A stretch of DNA of 32,000 nucleotides from Ignicoccus islandicus DSM 13165 (lineage in GTDB: Archaea; Thermoproteota; Thermoprotei_A; Sulfolobales; Ignicoccaceae): NCBI RefSeq assembly GCF_001481685.1, contig NZ_CP006867.1, positions 810,001 to 842,000 on the forward strand, in the 5' to 3' direction. How positions within the stretch are numbered: position 1 is the stretch's first letter; each line of letters opens with the position of its first letter. A program made the translations under genes and the position numbers. Below are positions 10,073 through 20,618 of this stretch, one piece after another. The notes under the pieces were generated by a model. The model did no database searches and was not told the DNA's origin. It was given only the letters and a program-made list of their open reading frames with translations.

Positions 10073-13000
10073 AGAGGGTTTCCGAGTACTCCAAGACCTC
10101 AACGCTCTCTATATCCCTCACGGTCTTCATTGCTTTAGCTATCTCCATGCCGAGCGATGAATTGAGAATTAATGGAACGTTTAGGTCTACGGCGGATCTC
10201 CTAATTTCGTAATCTAAGTTCTTATTAGAACCACTTGTTACTACGAGACCGATTTCATTGCTTTGCATTAATCTGAGTATCTCGCTTTTGCTTAGGGCAG
10301 TGAACCCCTCTAAAGGCGCTCTATCGTAGGTTATTACTTCATAGCCCAATTCATCGAAGATCTTGGCGGCTTGTATCGCGTGTTCGAGGTCCCTCTTGAA
10401 GTAATTCTCTAAAGTATAGACTAATACTTTGGAGTTGGGCTTCGGTAGCTTATTTGGAGTGGCTGAGAGCCACGAAAGCAGCAACGCCTTCTCATAGGTT
10501 TGATGGAAAGCGGCCACTTCACCCGTGCTCCTCATTTCAGGTCCTAGTTCCGGGTACGCACCCTTTATCTGGGTCCAACTGAACTGGGGCGACTTAACGC
10601 CCCACGCTCGAGCAGACGGCTCGATTACGCCTTCGGAACTCTCTATTCCCAGCGCGCCCCTCAACACTGCTCTAGCAGAATATTCCATTAAGTTAATTCC
10701 CCTGGCCTTGCTCGTAAAGGGCATGCTCCTGCTAGCTCTAAGGTTAAGTTCAATTACGTAAGGCTTGTTGTTATATATCAGGAACTGAAGGTTATAGGGT
10801 CCGATTATTTCAAGTTCGTTCACTAACGTGTATGCTATTTCCTTCATCTTAGATACTACGTCTAGGTTCAATAGAGGAGGTGTGACCATAGTGGAATCTC
10901 CGGAATGAACGCCAGCTGGTTCTATGTGACTCAAAGGTATTGCTATGGTGTTCTTAGAGTCACCGACTCCATCCAGTTCCGCCTCTATGGAATCTGCGAG
11001 GAACTTGGAAACCACTACTGGATATTCGGGAGAGACCTTACTAGATAGTTTCAGGAAATCCTCTAGTTGTTCCCAATTCCACACTACTTTCATGGCGTAG
11101 CCACTTATCACGTAACTTGGCCTCAAGATCACCGGAAAGCCTACTTCTTCCACGAACCTCTTCACTTCCTCAATGCTGCTCGCGCTAATCCATGGCGGTT
11201 GAGGAATGCCCAGCTTGTCCAAGAGCTCGCTGAACTTGTTCCTGTCCTCGGCAATGTCTACGCTAGTTCCGCTGGTTCCCAGTAACGGTATTCCTAAGTC
11301 TTGTAGCTTTTTGTAAAGTTTGTTAGTGAGTTGGCCGCCGGCGAAGGCGGCGACCCCCCACGGCCTTTCCTTCTTCACTATCTTGTAAACGCTCTCTACA
11401 GATATTTCGTCGAAGTACAATTTTTCGTTTTCGTCCCAATCGGTCGAGACCGTCTCGGGATTGTAGTTCACTACAATTACCTCTTCGGAACCCATCTCCT
11501 TTAAGCTCTTAGCCAAGTTTACTACAGCCCAGTCGAATTCCACTGAAACTCCTATCCTGAACACGCCAGCGCCGAGCACTACTGTCTTCAGCCTCTTATT
11601 CTCGAAACTCACATCGTCTTCCATGCCATCGTACGTTAAATATAGGTAATTCGTTATCGCAGGCCACTCAGCGGCTAAGGTGTCTATCCTCTTAACCCAT
11701 GGTAAGGCACCGTTCCTTACGTCTACTCCTAATTTATTATCAGAGAAACCTAGTTTCTTCAAGCGCTCGTAGTTCCGCTCTTTCTCTTCAGCCCTAACTA
11801 CTTCCTCGATCCAGTATAGGAAGTACTTATCTACTCCATAGGCCTCGTGAATTTCGTCTAAGGTTGCCCCTTCCTTTAGAGCCTTTACAGCGTAGAAAGG
11901 CCAGTAGGGCTCCCTCCTTCTGAGCTTCTCAAGGGCTTCCTCTTTACTGAGCTTCTCTATTTCTTCGCTTAAATCGGTCAATCCATCGCTTCCTATGTCT
12001 AACATTCTCAATGCCTTCTGGAAAGCTTCAGCGACGTTTCTTCCAACTGCCATTACTTCACCTATGCTCTTCATTTCGCTATCGAGCGTCTTGATAGCGC
12101 CATCGAACTTCTCTAAGTCCCATCTCGGTACCTTTAGTACCACGTAGTCTAGGCTAGGTTCGAAACACGCGCACGTGACTCCGGTTACTTTGTTTAATAT
12201 TTCCCAGAGCTCGTATCCCAACGCTAACTTCGCTGCTATGTAGGCGAGCGGGTAACCAGTTGCCTTACTAGCTAGGGCACTGCTTCTACTCATCCTAGGG
12301 TTAGTTTCTATTACGTAATGAACCTCGCTCCTAGGATCGAGCGCTAATTGAACGTTACCCTCCCCTACGAGCTCTACGGCCTCAGCCACTCGAAAGGAAG
12401 TATCTCTCAGTAACTGATATTCTCTATTAGTTAGGGTTTGACAAGGCGCTATTACTATCGAATCGCCCGTATGGACGCCCATGGGATCCAAGTTCTCCAA
12501 GCAAGCTATTGCGGCCACGTTGCCTTTGCTATCTCTTACAACCTCGTATTCGATCTCCTTCCAATGATGGAGATATTTCTCTATTAATACTCTGCCTACC
12601 TCGCTCTGAGCTAGGGCCCTCTTCACCCATTTCCTTAGTTCCCCTTCATTCCATGCGATGAAACTGCCCTTTCCACCTAAGGTGAACGCTATTCTTACTA
12701 TAACTGGGTAACCTATTTCCTTAGCAGCTTCAATAGCTTCCTCAACTGAAGAAACGCCCTTACTAGGAGGCATTGGAATGCCCTTGCTATTCATGAGTTC
12801 TTTAAAGAGGGTCTTGTCCGTCGCATTTACTATGCCCCTAATCGGGGTACCCAGTACCTTTATCCCGTACTTTTGGAACACGCCTTTCTTCCATAACCTG
12901 ACTCCGAGCGTTAAGGCAGTCTGCCCACCGAATCCTATCATTACCCCATCTGGTCTCTCCTTTTCGATTACTTTCTCTAAGAACTCCTCAGTTAATGGGT

Positions 13001-13235
13001 AGAAGTATATCCTGTCTGCCAGTTTGTAAGTCGTTTGAACCGTTGCCACGTTTGGGTTAACTAGAACTGATTGGATGCCCTCTTCCTTTAGAGCCTTAAG
13101 CGCTTGACTGCCACTGTAATCGAACTCAGCGGCCTCACCTATTTTTATTGCTCCCGAACCTATGACGAGTACCTTCTTTAAGTCCACCTTCACTCCACCA
13201 TCCCTACGTTTTTCGCGAACAAATCGAAGATCCAT
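10041..13235 (-). CDS. carB: Carbamoyl-phosphate synthase large subunit
   Basis: KVLVIGSGAIKIGEAAEFDYSG, duplicated ATP-grasp halves, NPRMSRSSALASKATGYPLAYIA, LNLRASRSMPF. Likely true start a few codons downstream of 13235. Confidence 0.97.
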   Translation of the reverse strand: MDLRFVREKRRDGGVKVDLKKVLVIGSGAIKIGEAAEFDYSGSQALKALKEEGIQSVLVNPNVATVQTTYKLADRIYFYPLTEEFLEKVIEKERPDGVMIGFGGQTALTLGVRLWKKGVFQKYGIKVLGTPIRGIVNATDKTLFKELMNSKGIPMPPSKGVSSVEEAIEAAKEIGYPVIVRIAFTLGGKGSFIAWNEGELRKWVKRALAQSEVGRVLIEKYLHHWKEIEYEVVRDSKGNVAAIACLENLDPMGVHTGDSIVIAPCQTLTNREYQLLRDTSFRVAEAVELVGEGNVQLALDPRSEVHYVIETNPRMSRSSALASKATGYPLAYIAAKLALGYELWEILNKVTGVTCACFEPSLDYVVLKVPRWDLEKFDGAIKTLDSEMKSIGEVMAVGRNVAEAFQKALRMLDIGSDGLTDLSEEIEKLSKEEALEKLRRREPYWPFYAVKALKEGATLDEIHEAYGVDKYFLYWIEEVVRAEEKERNYERLKKLGFSDNKLGVDVRNGALPWVKRIDTLAAEWPAITNYLYLTYDGMEDDVSFENKRLKTVVLGAGVFRIGVSVEFDWAVVNLAKSLKEMGSEEVIVVNYNPETVSTDWDENEKLYFDEISVESVYKIVKKERPWGVAAFAGGQLTNKLYKKLQDLGIPLLGTSGTSVDIAEDRNKFSELLDKLGIPQPPWISASSIEEVKRFVEEVGFPVILRPSYVISGYAMKVVWNWEQLEDFLKLSSKVSPEYPVVVSKFLADSIEAELDGVGDSKNTIAIPLSHIEPAGVHSGDSTMVTPPLLNLDVVSKMKEIAYTLVNELEIIGPYNLQFLIYNNKPYVIELNLRASRSMPFTSKARGINLMEYSARAVLRGALGIESSEGVIEPSARAWGVKSPQFSWTQIKGAYPELGPEMRSTGEVAAFHQTYEKALLLSWLSATPNKLPKPNSKVLVYTLENYFKRDLEHAIQAAKIFDELGYEVITYDRAPLEGFTALSKSEILRLMQSNEIGLVVTSGSNKNLDYEIRRSAVDLNVPLILNSSLGMEIAKAMKTVRDIESVEVLEYSETLFSKRSEPRRP

Positions 13236-14389
13236 CTCGTATCATGAGGCCCCGGGGAAGACTCGGGGTGGAACTGAACGCTCAGTATCTTGCGATCCTT
13301 GCTCCTAACCCCCTCTAACGTACCGTCGTCGGGGTTGAAGAACCAAGGTTCGAGCTTGGTCCTGTTTAAAGTTTTGGGATCAACGGCGAACCCGTGATTC
13401 TCGCTTACAATGAAACACTTCTCGCCGTCCTTAACAGGCTTGTTAACTCCTCTGTGTCCGTACTTCATTTTGTAAATCTTCGATCCGAAGTACATGTTCA
13501 GTAACTGGTGACCTAGGCAAATTGCTAGTATTGGGAGTCCGTACTCTATTACGGCCTCGATCTTCTTCTCGAATCCGTATTTCTCGTAGATCAGCGTAGG
13601 ATTCCCCGGTCCGTTTCCGAAGACCACCCCGCTCGCTTGGCCGAGGAACTTATCCAAGTCCTCGTTACATGGGACCCTAGTTACCGTTAGACCCCTCTCG
13701 ACCAACTCCCTAATTATGCCGTACTTTATTCCGCAATCGATTACGATGACGTTCTTCCTTCCGTTCCCGTAGACGAGCTCTTTCTTAGGAACGACGCTCT
13801 CTACGAAGTCCCTCTGATCGTATCTAGGTACTTGCGCGAGCCTCTCCTTCGCTGCTTCCCTCTCTGTATCTGTTGTTATAGCTCCCATCATTACGCCGTT
13901 CTCTCTGAGCTTCTTAACTACCATTCTGGTATCGATTCCCCAAATCCCCACTTTTCCTTCCCTTTCGAACCACTTCTCCAAGCTTTCTACCGAGGCCCAG
14001 TGATTTGGCTTAGTTAACCACGATATAACGAAACCCTCTACCTTAATTCCATCGGACTCGTAATGAAGGGGTAAACCGGAGGGTTCGTGGATTATTTTAG
14101 GTGAAGGCACGCCGTAGTTACCTACCATCGGGTGGGTGAAAACTAATATTTGTCCCTTGTAGGAAGGGTCCGTTAGCGATTCAGGGTAGCCGTTCATTGT
14201 TGTAGTGAAGACTACCTCGCCAAAGGAAGTCTGGGGCTTTCCGAATAGACAGCCTTCCAGTTCGGTGCCATCCTCCAATATTAGGTAACCTTTCTCATAT
14301 TCTTCGCAGTCCACTAAAACCCACGTAAAGGATCCTTGAACAGTATTTATAATTTTTTGGAGAGTCTTTAATTTCCTTAGACGAAACAA
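13190..14389 (-). CDS. carA: Carbamoyl-phosphate synthase small (glutaminase) subunit
   Basis: LEDGTELEG..FG, NGYPESLTDPSYKGQI, PILAICLGHQLL, VQFHPESSPGPHD. True N-terminus likely internal to the called ORF. Confidence 0.96.
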   Translation of the reverse strand: MFRLRKLKTLQKIINTVQGSFTWVLVDCEEYEKGYLILEDGTELEGCLFGKPQTSFGEVVFTTTMNGYPESLTDPSYKGQILVFTHPMVGNYGVPSPKIIHEPSGLPLHYESDGIKVEGFVISWLTKPNHWASVESLEKWFEREGKVGIWGIDTRMVVKKLRENGVMMGAITTDTEREAAKERLAQVPRYDQRDFVESVVPKKELVYGNGRKNVIVIDCGIKYGIIRELVERGLTVTRVPCNEDLDKFLGQASGVVFGNGPGNPTLIYEKYGFEKKIEAVIEYGLPILAICLGHQLLNMYFGSKIYKMKYGHRGVNKPVKDGEKCFIVSENHGFAVDPKTLNRTKLEPWFFNPDDGTLEGVRSKDRKILSVQFHPESSPGPHDTRWIFDLFAKNVGMVE

Positions 14390-14458
14390 GATGGGGTTCC
14401 CTAGTCTAAGTAGATTGAGAATGGGGAGACGAGAAGAGGTTGTTGAGAGGCGTTGTAA

Positions 14459-14532
14459 TGGGCCCGGGGGGATTCGAACCCCCGACCACCCGGTTATCAG
14501 CCGGGCGCTCTGCCGGGCTGAGCTACGGGCCC
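14459..14532 (-). tRNA. tRNA-Ile (GAU)
   Basis: GGGCCCGTAGCTCAGCCCGGCAGAGCGCCCGGCTGATAACCGGGTGGTCGGGGGTTCGAATCCCCCCGGGCCCA folds as a 74-nt cloverleaf with anticodon GAU; no encoded CCA, no intron. Confidence 0.95.
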
Positions 14533-14567
14533 TCCGATGAACACTCGCATAAGCGAGTTTTTAAATT

Positions 14568-15077
14568 TTGAATAGCTACTTTTATACAGCGATGACGTTC
14601 GCAGGGTTGGCTGATTTAGTGATGAAGAAGAGCCGATCCGAGCACTCCCTTAAGGTTATCTTAGAGAAATCGCGAAGCAAGAGCGGTAAGCACGCGTTCG
14701 TTAGACTCGCTGCAAGAGTTAACTTAGACACCAATGAGGTAATTGAAGTAATTCAACCCACTGGCTCGTCTCCGCCTAAAACTTACTCCGAGGGCATTTC
14801 GAAAGAGGTAAATTTGAAGTATGGGAACAAGGAGGCCCTAGTGATCGTGAGCATGGTAAAGGTGCCTCACCCGAACCCAAAGAGGCGCGTTAAGGGTACA
14901 GTGGAAGTTTACTCGAATGGCGAATTGGTCTATAAGGCCAAGTACGTGAAAGGTATATTAAGAGGATCGGCGGGAGACCCGAAGTACTTCCCGGCAGTAA
15001 AGGTCGTTTTTGAGAAATTGCAGATACCCGTGAAGAGGGAAAACCCTAATGCGCACGTCCCTGGTAGGGGGAATTGA
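14568..15077 (+). CDS. Hypothetical protein
   Basis: 169 aa ORF immediately upstream of and overlapping the DUF1464-like gene. Confidence 0.55.
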   Translation: MNSYFYTAMTFAGLADLVMKKSRSEHSLKVILEKSRSKSGKHAFVRLAARVNLDTNEVIEVIQPTGSSPPKTYSEGISKEVNLKYGNKEALVIVSMVKVPHPNPKRRVKGTVEVYSNGELVYKAKYVKGILRGSAGDPKYFPAVKVVFEKLQIPVKRENPNAHVPGRGN

Positions 15078-15858
15078 CGTCGGTACTAGGAGAATAAGAG
15101 CTGTAGCCTTCGATTGCAGCACTAGGAAAGTCTTAGCGCGCGAGGCTAAGGGGAAGGAAGAAGTACTCGAACTAATCCGTTTCTTGAAGGGTATAGGTGT
15201 TGAAAAGTTATGCGTTGCGGGGGGCCTTCAGTGGAGGGAGCTAAACGGCATTGAAATTTATAGAGATCCAGTTTCCCTTCTAGGATCGGAAAGAGATATT
15301 GGGACTCACGGGTTCAGGAAGCTCATATCAAGTTCTATTTTCAAAGAAGTAGTTATACTGCCTTCCGGAGGGGCTAGCGGCGAAGTACCGATATGGAACC
15401 TCTTCAACGCCGTTGATAGCGGCACTCCGGATAAGGTGGCTAAATGTAACTACTTGATTAACTCAGAGGGCCTCAGTGACTTTACTTTGATAGATGACGG
15501 TTGCTTCACCTCGATATTGAAGGTAAACGATAAAGCAATCACCTTCGTTCTCGGCTCCACTAGGGGGGTCCCCGGGCGATGCACTCCCGGATGCATCGAT
15601 TCGGAGATATTCATTGCCTTTAAGTGGCCTCAAAGGAAGAAGGACTTACTTGAATGCGGAGCTCCCCGAGAAGTGGTGGAAGGTTGGATAAGGTTCTTGA
15701 AACCAGTTCTGGGTGATACGATAATATATTCTAGCGAGCTAGACGAGTGGTCGGCCGCTATAGGTAGTGCCCTTTGGTGCTGCGGGACGAAACCTAAGAA
15801 CTTCTTCAGTGATACGCCGAGATACTTCTGTGATACTCTCAAGGCACTAATGCGCTGA
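15049..15858 (+). CDS. DUF1464-like ASKHA-fold (butyrate-kinase-like) archaeal protein
   Basis: GGIDVGTRRIRAVAFD phosphate-1-like motif, LPSGGASGEVPIWN, VLGSTRGVPGRCTPGCIDSEI. Confidence 0.65.
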   Translation: MRTSLVGGIDVGTRRIRAVAFDCSTRKVLAREAKGKEEVLELIRFLKGIGVEKLCVAGGLQWRELNGIEIYRDPVSLLGSERDIGTHGFRKLISSSIFKEVVILPSGGASGEVPIWNLFNAVDSGTPDKVAKCNYLINSEGLSDFTLIDDGCFTSILKVNDKAITFVLGSTRGVPGRCTPGCIDSEIFIAFKWPQRKKDLLECGAPREVVEGWIRFLKPVLGDTIIYSSELDEWSAAIGSALWCCGTKPKNFFSDTPRYFCDTLKALMR

Positions 15859-16774
15859 GCACGGCCCTCTGAGCGTGCAACTTGTTTTCCGCTTGATCCC
15901 ATACTATACTAACATCGCTTTCAATTACTTCCTCCGTAACCTCCTCTCCCCTAACTGCAGGCAAGCAGTGCATGAAGAGGAAATCCTTACCGATGCATTT
16001 GGTTAGCTCCTTGTTAACTTGATACGGCGCTAAGTCCCTCTTCCTTTTATCGGCTTCGCTTTCGAATCCCATGCTAACCCAAACGTCCGTATATATGACG
16101 TCCGCTCCAGCCACGCCCTTGCAAGGATCGTAAACTATTTCCATGCTCCCTCCGCTCCTCCTGGCCCTTTCCATCGCCTCAAACAATACCTCATCCAATG
16201 GCTCGTATCCAGGTGCTGTAACGACCCTTACGTTCGCGCCTAAACTGGTGAGCGCCAAGATCAAGCTGTGGGCCACGTTATCTCTTCCGTCACCAATAAA
16301 GACCACCCTGACTCCTTCCACCTTACCCAGCTTCTCGTAGATAGTCATGGCATCAGCTAAGGCTTGAGTAGGGTGGAACTTATCGCTTAGAGCGTTCACG
16401 ACTACTCCATCGAAATATTTGGAAAGTTCGATTAGGGTTTCGTGCTTTAGGACCCTGGCAGCTATTGCGTCTACATACTGAGATAGAGCTCTAGCGGTGT
16501 CCTTAACGGGTTCACCCCTACCTAAATGGCTGTTCTCTTTTGAGATAAATATGGGATGCATACCCAATTGCTTGGCAGCTACTTCGAAAGCGACTCTAGT
16601 CCTCGTGCTAGGCTTTTCGAAGATTAACGCTAGGTATCTATTCTCTAAGTATCCCCAGTACCTCTTGCCTAAGAGGTATTCCTCTTTCATTGATAGAGAT
16701 AAACTTAGAAGGTACCTAATTTCCCATGGTTCGAAGTCCATTAGAGAAAGTAAGTTCCTTCCCTTTAGCTTCAT
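15839..16774 (-). CDS. argF: Ornithine carbamoyltransferase
   Basis: FEKPSTRTRVAFEVAAKQLG, HPTQALADAMTIYE, FMHCLPAVRGEEVTEEV. Confidence 0.93.
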   Translation of the reverse strand: MKLKGRNLLSLMDFEPWEIRYLLSLSLSMKEEYLLGKRYWGYLENRYLALIFEKPSTRTRVAFEVAAKQLGMHPIFISKENSHLGRGEPVKDTARALSQYVDAIAARVLKHETLIELSKYFDGVVVNALSDKFHPTQALADAMTIYEKLGKVEGVRVVFIGDGRDNVAHSLILALTSLGANVRVVTAPGYEPLDEVLFEAMERARRSGGSMEIVYDPCKGVAGADVIYTDVWVSMGFESEADKRKRDLAPYQVNKELTKCIGKDFLFMHCLPAVRGEEVTEEVIESDVSIVWDQAENKLHAQRAVLSALVP

Positions 16775-16831
16775 ATTTCCTTTCCAAGGTAAGTATAGAT
16801 TGTAAAAACTTAATGCGTTTCTATGGAAACG

Positions 16832-19348
16832 TCATTCCTTACCTAACTTCTCTTCGAGCTTGGCTAACCTCTGGAGCATTACCTTCCTTTCAACGCTAGC
16901 TACCATGTACCTAGTTCTGATTACTGCGTCTGGGTTTACGCTTATGCTATCTATTCCAGCCTTTACTAGGAACTCCACTAGTTCAGGATATACGCTAGGT
17001 CCTTGACCGCATATGCTGACGGTCCTTCCGTACTTATGAGCCGTCTTTATCAAGGTTTCGATTGCTTTGAGCACTGCCGGGTCTCTCTCATCGAAGTAAC
17101 CCATTCTAGCCAATAGGTCGCTGTCCCTGTCAGCGCCTAGCACTAGCTGAGTTAGGTCGTTGCTACCTATACTGAAGCCGTCAACGAGCTTCGAGAACTC
17201 GTCCGCTAGCAACACCACGCTGGGAACTTCAGCCATTATCCATACCTTGAAGTCCCTGTTCCTTTGAAGTCCCTCGCTTTCCATTATCTTTAGGACCTTC
17301 TCTACTTCCCACGTGGTCCTTACGAAGGGTAACATTACCCATACGTTCTTGAGTCCGAATTCTTCCCTTACCTTCTTTATGGCCCTAAGCTCTAGTCTGA
17401 AGGCCGGTTCGTACGTAGGACTTATGTACCTCGATACGCCTCTCCAGCCTAACATCGGGTTCCTCTCTTCGGGCTCGAACTCCTCGCCGCCCTTGAGTCC
17501 TCTGTACTCGTTGCTCTTGAAGTCGCTAAACCTCACTACTACTGGTCTCGGATATATTGCGGAGGCGACTTTAGCTATCCCGTCCGCAAGTTTGTTGATG
17601 AAGTACGTCTCCTTACCCTCCTTTATTAGGTAAAGCGGGTGATAGCCTATCCAGTCAGTAATAATGAATTCTATTCTCATTAGCCCAATTCCGTCAAACG
17701 GTAGGTCCTTATACCTATCTATGGCGTTAGGCTCGCCCAAGTTCATGTAGATCTTCGTACCGGTTGCTGGGAAGAGGTATCTGAGCTCTTCGGAAGGTAT
17801 TCCTATACCAGTGCCACCGGTAACTTCTTCTTTCTTCTCCTCTCCTATTCTCACTTTACCCTTGTAAACTACGCCTCTGTATCCGTCAACTGTAACCGTC
17901 ATACCGCTCTTGATTTTCTTGGTGGCCTCTTTGGTACCGACTACGGCAGGAATTCCTAGTTCCCTAGACACTATTGCAGCGTGGGAGGTCATACCTCCTT
18001 CATCCGTAACTATTGCAGCGGCCTTTCTCATTAGAGGGACCCAATCCGGATCGGTCATCTTAGTTACTAGAACGTCCCCCTCATTGAACTTGTCGGCGTC
18101 CTTCTTAGGGTCACTTAAAACCTTCGCAACGCCTATTCCAATGCCGGGCGAAGCGGGGAGACCTCTAACTAATACCTCGGCCTCCACGTGCTCCACCTCT
18201 TCCTCTTCCGAAGGCCTTACCTTTACCTCTTCCCTAGCGCTCCAGACAGTCTCTGGTCTCGCTTGAAGTAAGAACACGTTCTTGGGGAATTCCATGTCAG
18301 CGTCGAGAGCCCATTCGATGTCCATGGGCCTCTTGTAGTGATCCTCTACTTTGATGCCCATTTGCGCCAATGCGAAGATTTCCCTATCTTCCAAAGAGGG
18401 CTTCTCAGCGAGCTCCGGAGGCAAGGGTTCCTCATAGGTACCTCCTTTTTCCCAATCGAACCTAATTGCTATTTCCTTCTTGGAAATATGCTTCTCTATA
18501 ATTGCTTCCTTTAGGACGTTCTCGTCCACTTGAGTGGGGTCCACGTCTAGGTATTTCCTTACTACTTCCTTATTTACAACGAAGGTATCCGGCGTAACCT
18601 TACCGCCAACTACGGCCTCGCCTAGGCCCCAAGCGCTTTCTATTACTATCTTGCTTCTATCACCGTTCCTCACGTCTAGGGTGAACATTACACCAGCGCT
18701 CCTAGCGTTCACCATCTTTTGGACTACAGTGGCCATAGCAACGTTCTCGTGAGGTATCCCTTTGCTTATCCTGTAGGCTATCGCTCTTGCATTAAATAGA
18801 GAAGCCCAACACTTCTTAACGTGTTCCACAACCGAGTCTTCACCAACAACGTTGAGGTAAGTGTCTTGTTGTCCAGCAAATGACGCGTCGGGCAGGTCTT
18901 CAGCGGTTGCGGAAGATCTCACCGCTACCCTCAAGTTATTTACGTCCACTCCCACCTTCGCTGCGAGTTCTCTGTAGGCGTTCCTTATCGCTTCCTCTAT
19001 GTCTTTGGGCATGGGCGTTTCCAATATCAATTTCTTTATCTCTTCCGCCTTTGCCTCTAGTTCCTTAACGTTACTGGCGTCTATGTCCTTCAACATATCG
19101 TTTATCTTGTCCAGTAATCCAGTTTCCTTAATGAACCTCCTATAAGCAGTAGAAGAGACTACGAAACCTGGAGGAACTGGTATACCCGCCCTAACTAGCT
19201 CACCTAGGTTCGCTCCCTTTCCTCCAGCTAGGTTGATGTCTTCCTTCCCTATTTCTTCGAACCACAATATTACCTTGTTCAACTTATCTTGAGACATAAG
19301 GAGGCCCCAAGGGGCGTATCTGTAAGTTGAGCTATAAGGTTTATGCAT
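16832..19348 (-). CDS. ppsA: Phosphoenolpyruvate synthase (pyruvate, water dikinase)
   Basis: [52 protein letters not shown] (His phosphorylation motif), [22 protein letters not shown]. Likely true start is the internal MSQDKLNK. Confidence 0.97.
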   Translation of the reverse strand: MHKPYSSTYRYAPWGLLMSQDKLNKVILWFEEIGKEDINLAGGKGANLGELVRAGIPVPPGFVVSSTAYRRFIKETGLLDKINDMLKDIDASNVKELEAKAEEIKKLILETPMPKDIEEAIRNAYRELAAKVGVDVNNLRVAVRSSATAEDLPDASFAGQQDTYLNVVGEDSVVEHVKKCWASLFNARAIAYRISKGIPHENVAMATVVQKMVNARSAGVMFTLDVRNGDRSKIVIESAWGLGEAVVGGKVTPDTFVVNKEVVRKYLDVDPTQVDENVLKEAIIEKHISKKEIAIRFDWEKGGTYEEPLPPELAEKPSLEDREIFALAQMGIKVEDHYKRPMDIEWALDADMEFPKNVFLLQARPETVWSAREEVKVRPSEEEEVEHVEAEVLVRGLPASPGIGIGVAKVLSDPKKDADKFNEGDVLVTKMTDPDWVPLMRKAAAIVTDEGGMTSHAAIVSRELGIPAVVGTKEATKKIKSGMTVTVDGYRGVVYKGKVRIGEEKKEEVTGGTGIGIPSEELRYLFPATGTKIYMNLGEPNAIDRYKDLPFDGIGLMRIEFIITDWIGYHPLYLIKEGKETYFINKLADGIAKVASAIYPRPVVVRFSDFKSNEYRGLKGGEEFEPEERNPMLGWRGVSRYISPTYEPAFRLELRAIKKVREEFGLKNVWVMLPFVRTTWEVEKVLKIMESEGLQRNRDFKVWIMAEVPSVVLLADEFSKLVDGFSIGSNDLTQLVLGADRDSDLLARMGYFDERDPAVLKAIETLIKTAHKYGRTVSICGQGPSVYPELVEFLVKAGIDSISVNPDAVIRTRYMVASVERKVMLQRLAKLEEKLGKE

Positions 19349-19372
19349 GCCAATACAACATATACCATATGT

Positions 19373-20506
19373 TCAGCTATTCCTCAAATGTACCATACTC
19401 TTCCACAGTGAGTATGATGAGAGCACGTTCATAAGGGCAGAGAAAGCGAACACCCAACCTCCTCCAAGACCTATTCCCTCGAGGTAAGTATATAGGAATG
19501 ACCCTACTAGGGGCCCTATCGCGTTGCCTAGACCGAACATCGTTTGCCTGAAACCGAAGTGCTTCACGGAGGCCCCCATTTCGCCTTGAGCTGCTTTGGA
19601 TATCGATACCGAAGTTGAAGCGCCTAACCTACTGAGCATCAACAAGAGCACCAGTGCAACGTAATCCCTAGTGAAGCCTATCAGGGAGGTGCTTATTGCT
19701 TGTATGAACTTAAGTTGAGAACTGAGGAGGAGCTTCTTCTCAATGCTTAAGAAGTCGGTCTTCCTGGCTATTAGGTATGAGACGAATAGAACCGTGTAAC
19801 CCGGAATTGCCATTGCAATTGAATACATTTTGGGAGATGCCGTAACGTATTGGATAATGTAAGTAGGTAAGACGGAAACCCTCATTCCGAGGGCTATACC
19901 GCTGAAGAGGGCACTTAGGTAGAGGTATTTCATGGCGCTCGAAGTCGAACCCCTACCTTTATAGACGTTTAAATTGACGAGCAGAGGTAAGCTAGCAAGC
20001 GCTATCAGAGCTGAAACGCCGAATGGGATCCTAACGCTAGCTGGATGCGTTGGTAATATTAGGAACCCTCCCATTAAGTTTCCGGTAGAGAACCCCAAGT
20101 TCGAAAACAAGTTCAGTAAAGCTAAGTTCGAGGACTTCCTATCACTTTTCGCTATACTGTACTCTATGTGGGGCCAGATGAGCCCTAGCGAGGAACCTTG
20201 GAGTATCCTAAAGATTAGTAACTGGGGAACGCTCGTTGAGAACGCCATGCCAATTAGCGATATCAATAACGTTAGAGACGCTATAGATGGCCTCGAGAGG
20301 TGCGAAAGGGAAGAAGCAACCGTTCTACTAAGCATGAATGCAGTCGATAGAGCCCCTAAGTCAATAGCGACCAATTGCGCGGGCAACGTTTTGGAAGGGG
20401 CTAGGATTCCCTTTAGGTATAACAACATGTAGGGCAAACTAACTGAGACGACGGACGAGCTTAGCGATAGCGCGAACGCTAATGCTATTCCCTTCCATTG
20501 GTTCAT
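19373..20506 (-). CDS. Major facilitator superfamily transporter
   Basis: 377 aa multi-TM ORF; RILQGSSLGLIWPHIE and a 12-TM-like hydrophobicity pattern. Confidence 0.78.
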   Translation of the reverse strand: MNQWKGIALAFALSLSSSVVSVSLPYMLLYLKGILAPSKTLPAQLVAIDLGALSTAFMLSRTVASSLSHLSRPSIASLTLLISLIGMAFSTSVPQLLIFRILQGSSLGLIWPHIEYSIAKSDRKSSNLALLNLFSNLGFSTGNLMGGFLILPTHPASVRIPFGVSALIALASLPLLVNLNVYKGRGSTSSAMKYLYLSALFSGIALGMRVSVLPTYIIQYVTASPKMYSIAMAIPGYTVLFVSYLIARKTDFLSIEKKLLLSSQLKFIQAISTSLIGFTRDYVALVLLLMLSRLGASTSVSISKAAQGEMGASVKHFGFRQTMFGLGNAIGPLVGSFLYTYLEGIGLGGGWVFAFSALMNVLSSYSLWKSMVHLRNS

Positions 20507-20618
20507 CAGTCATCAATTGCGCTGGTATACCTCACAGTTAATTAGATGCGATAGTGCGATTAGAGCGAGGTTTTGAAAAGAAGGTCTTCGATAATCTAGT
20601 TATTGAGTAAAAGAGGAG

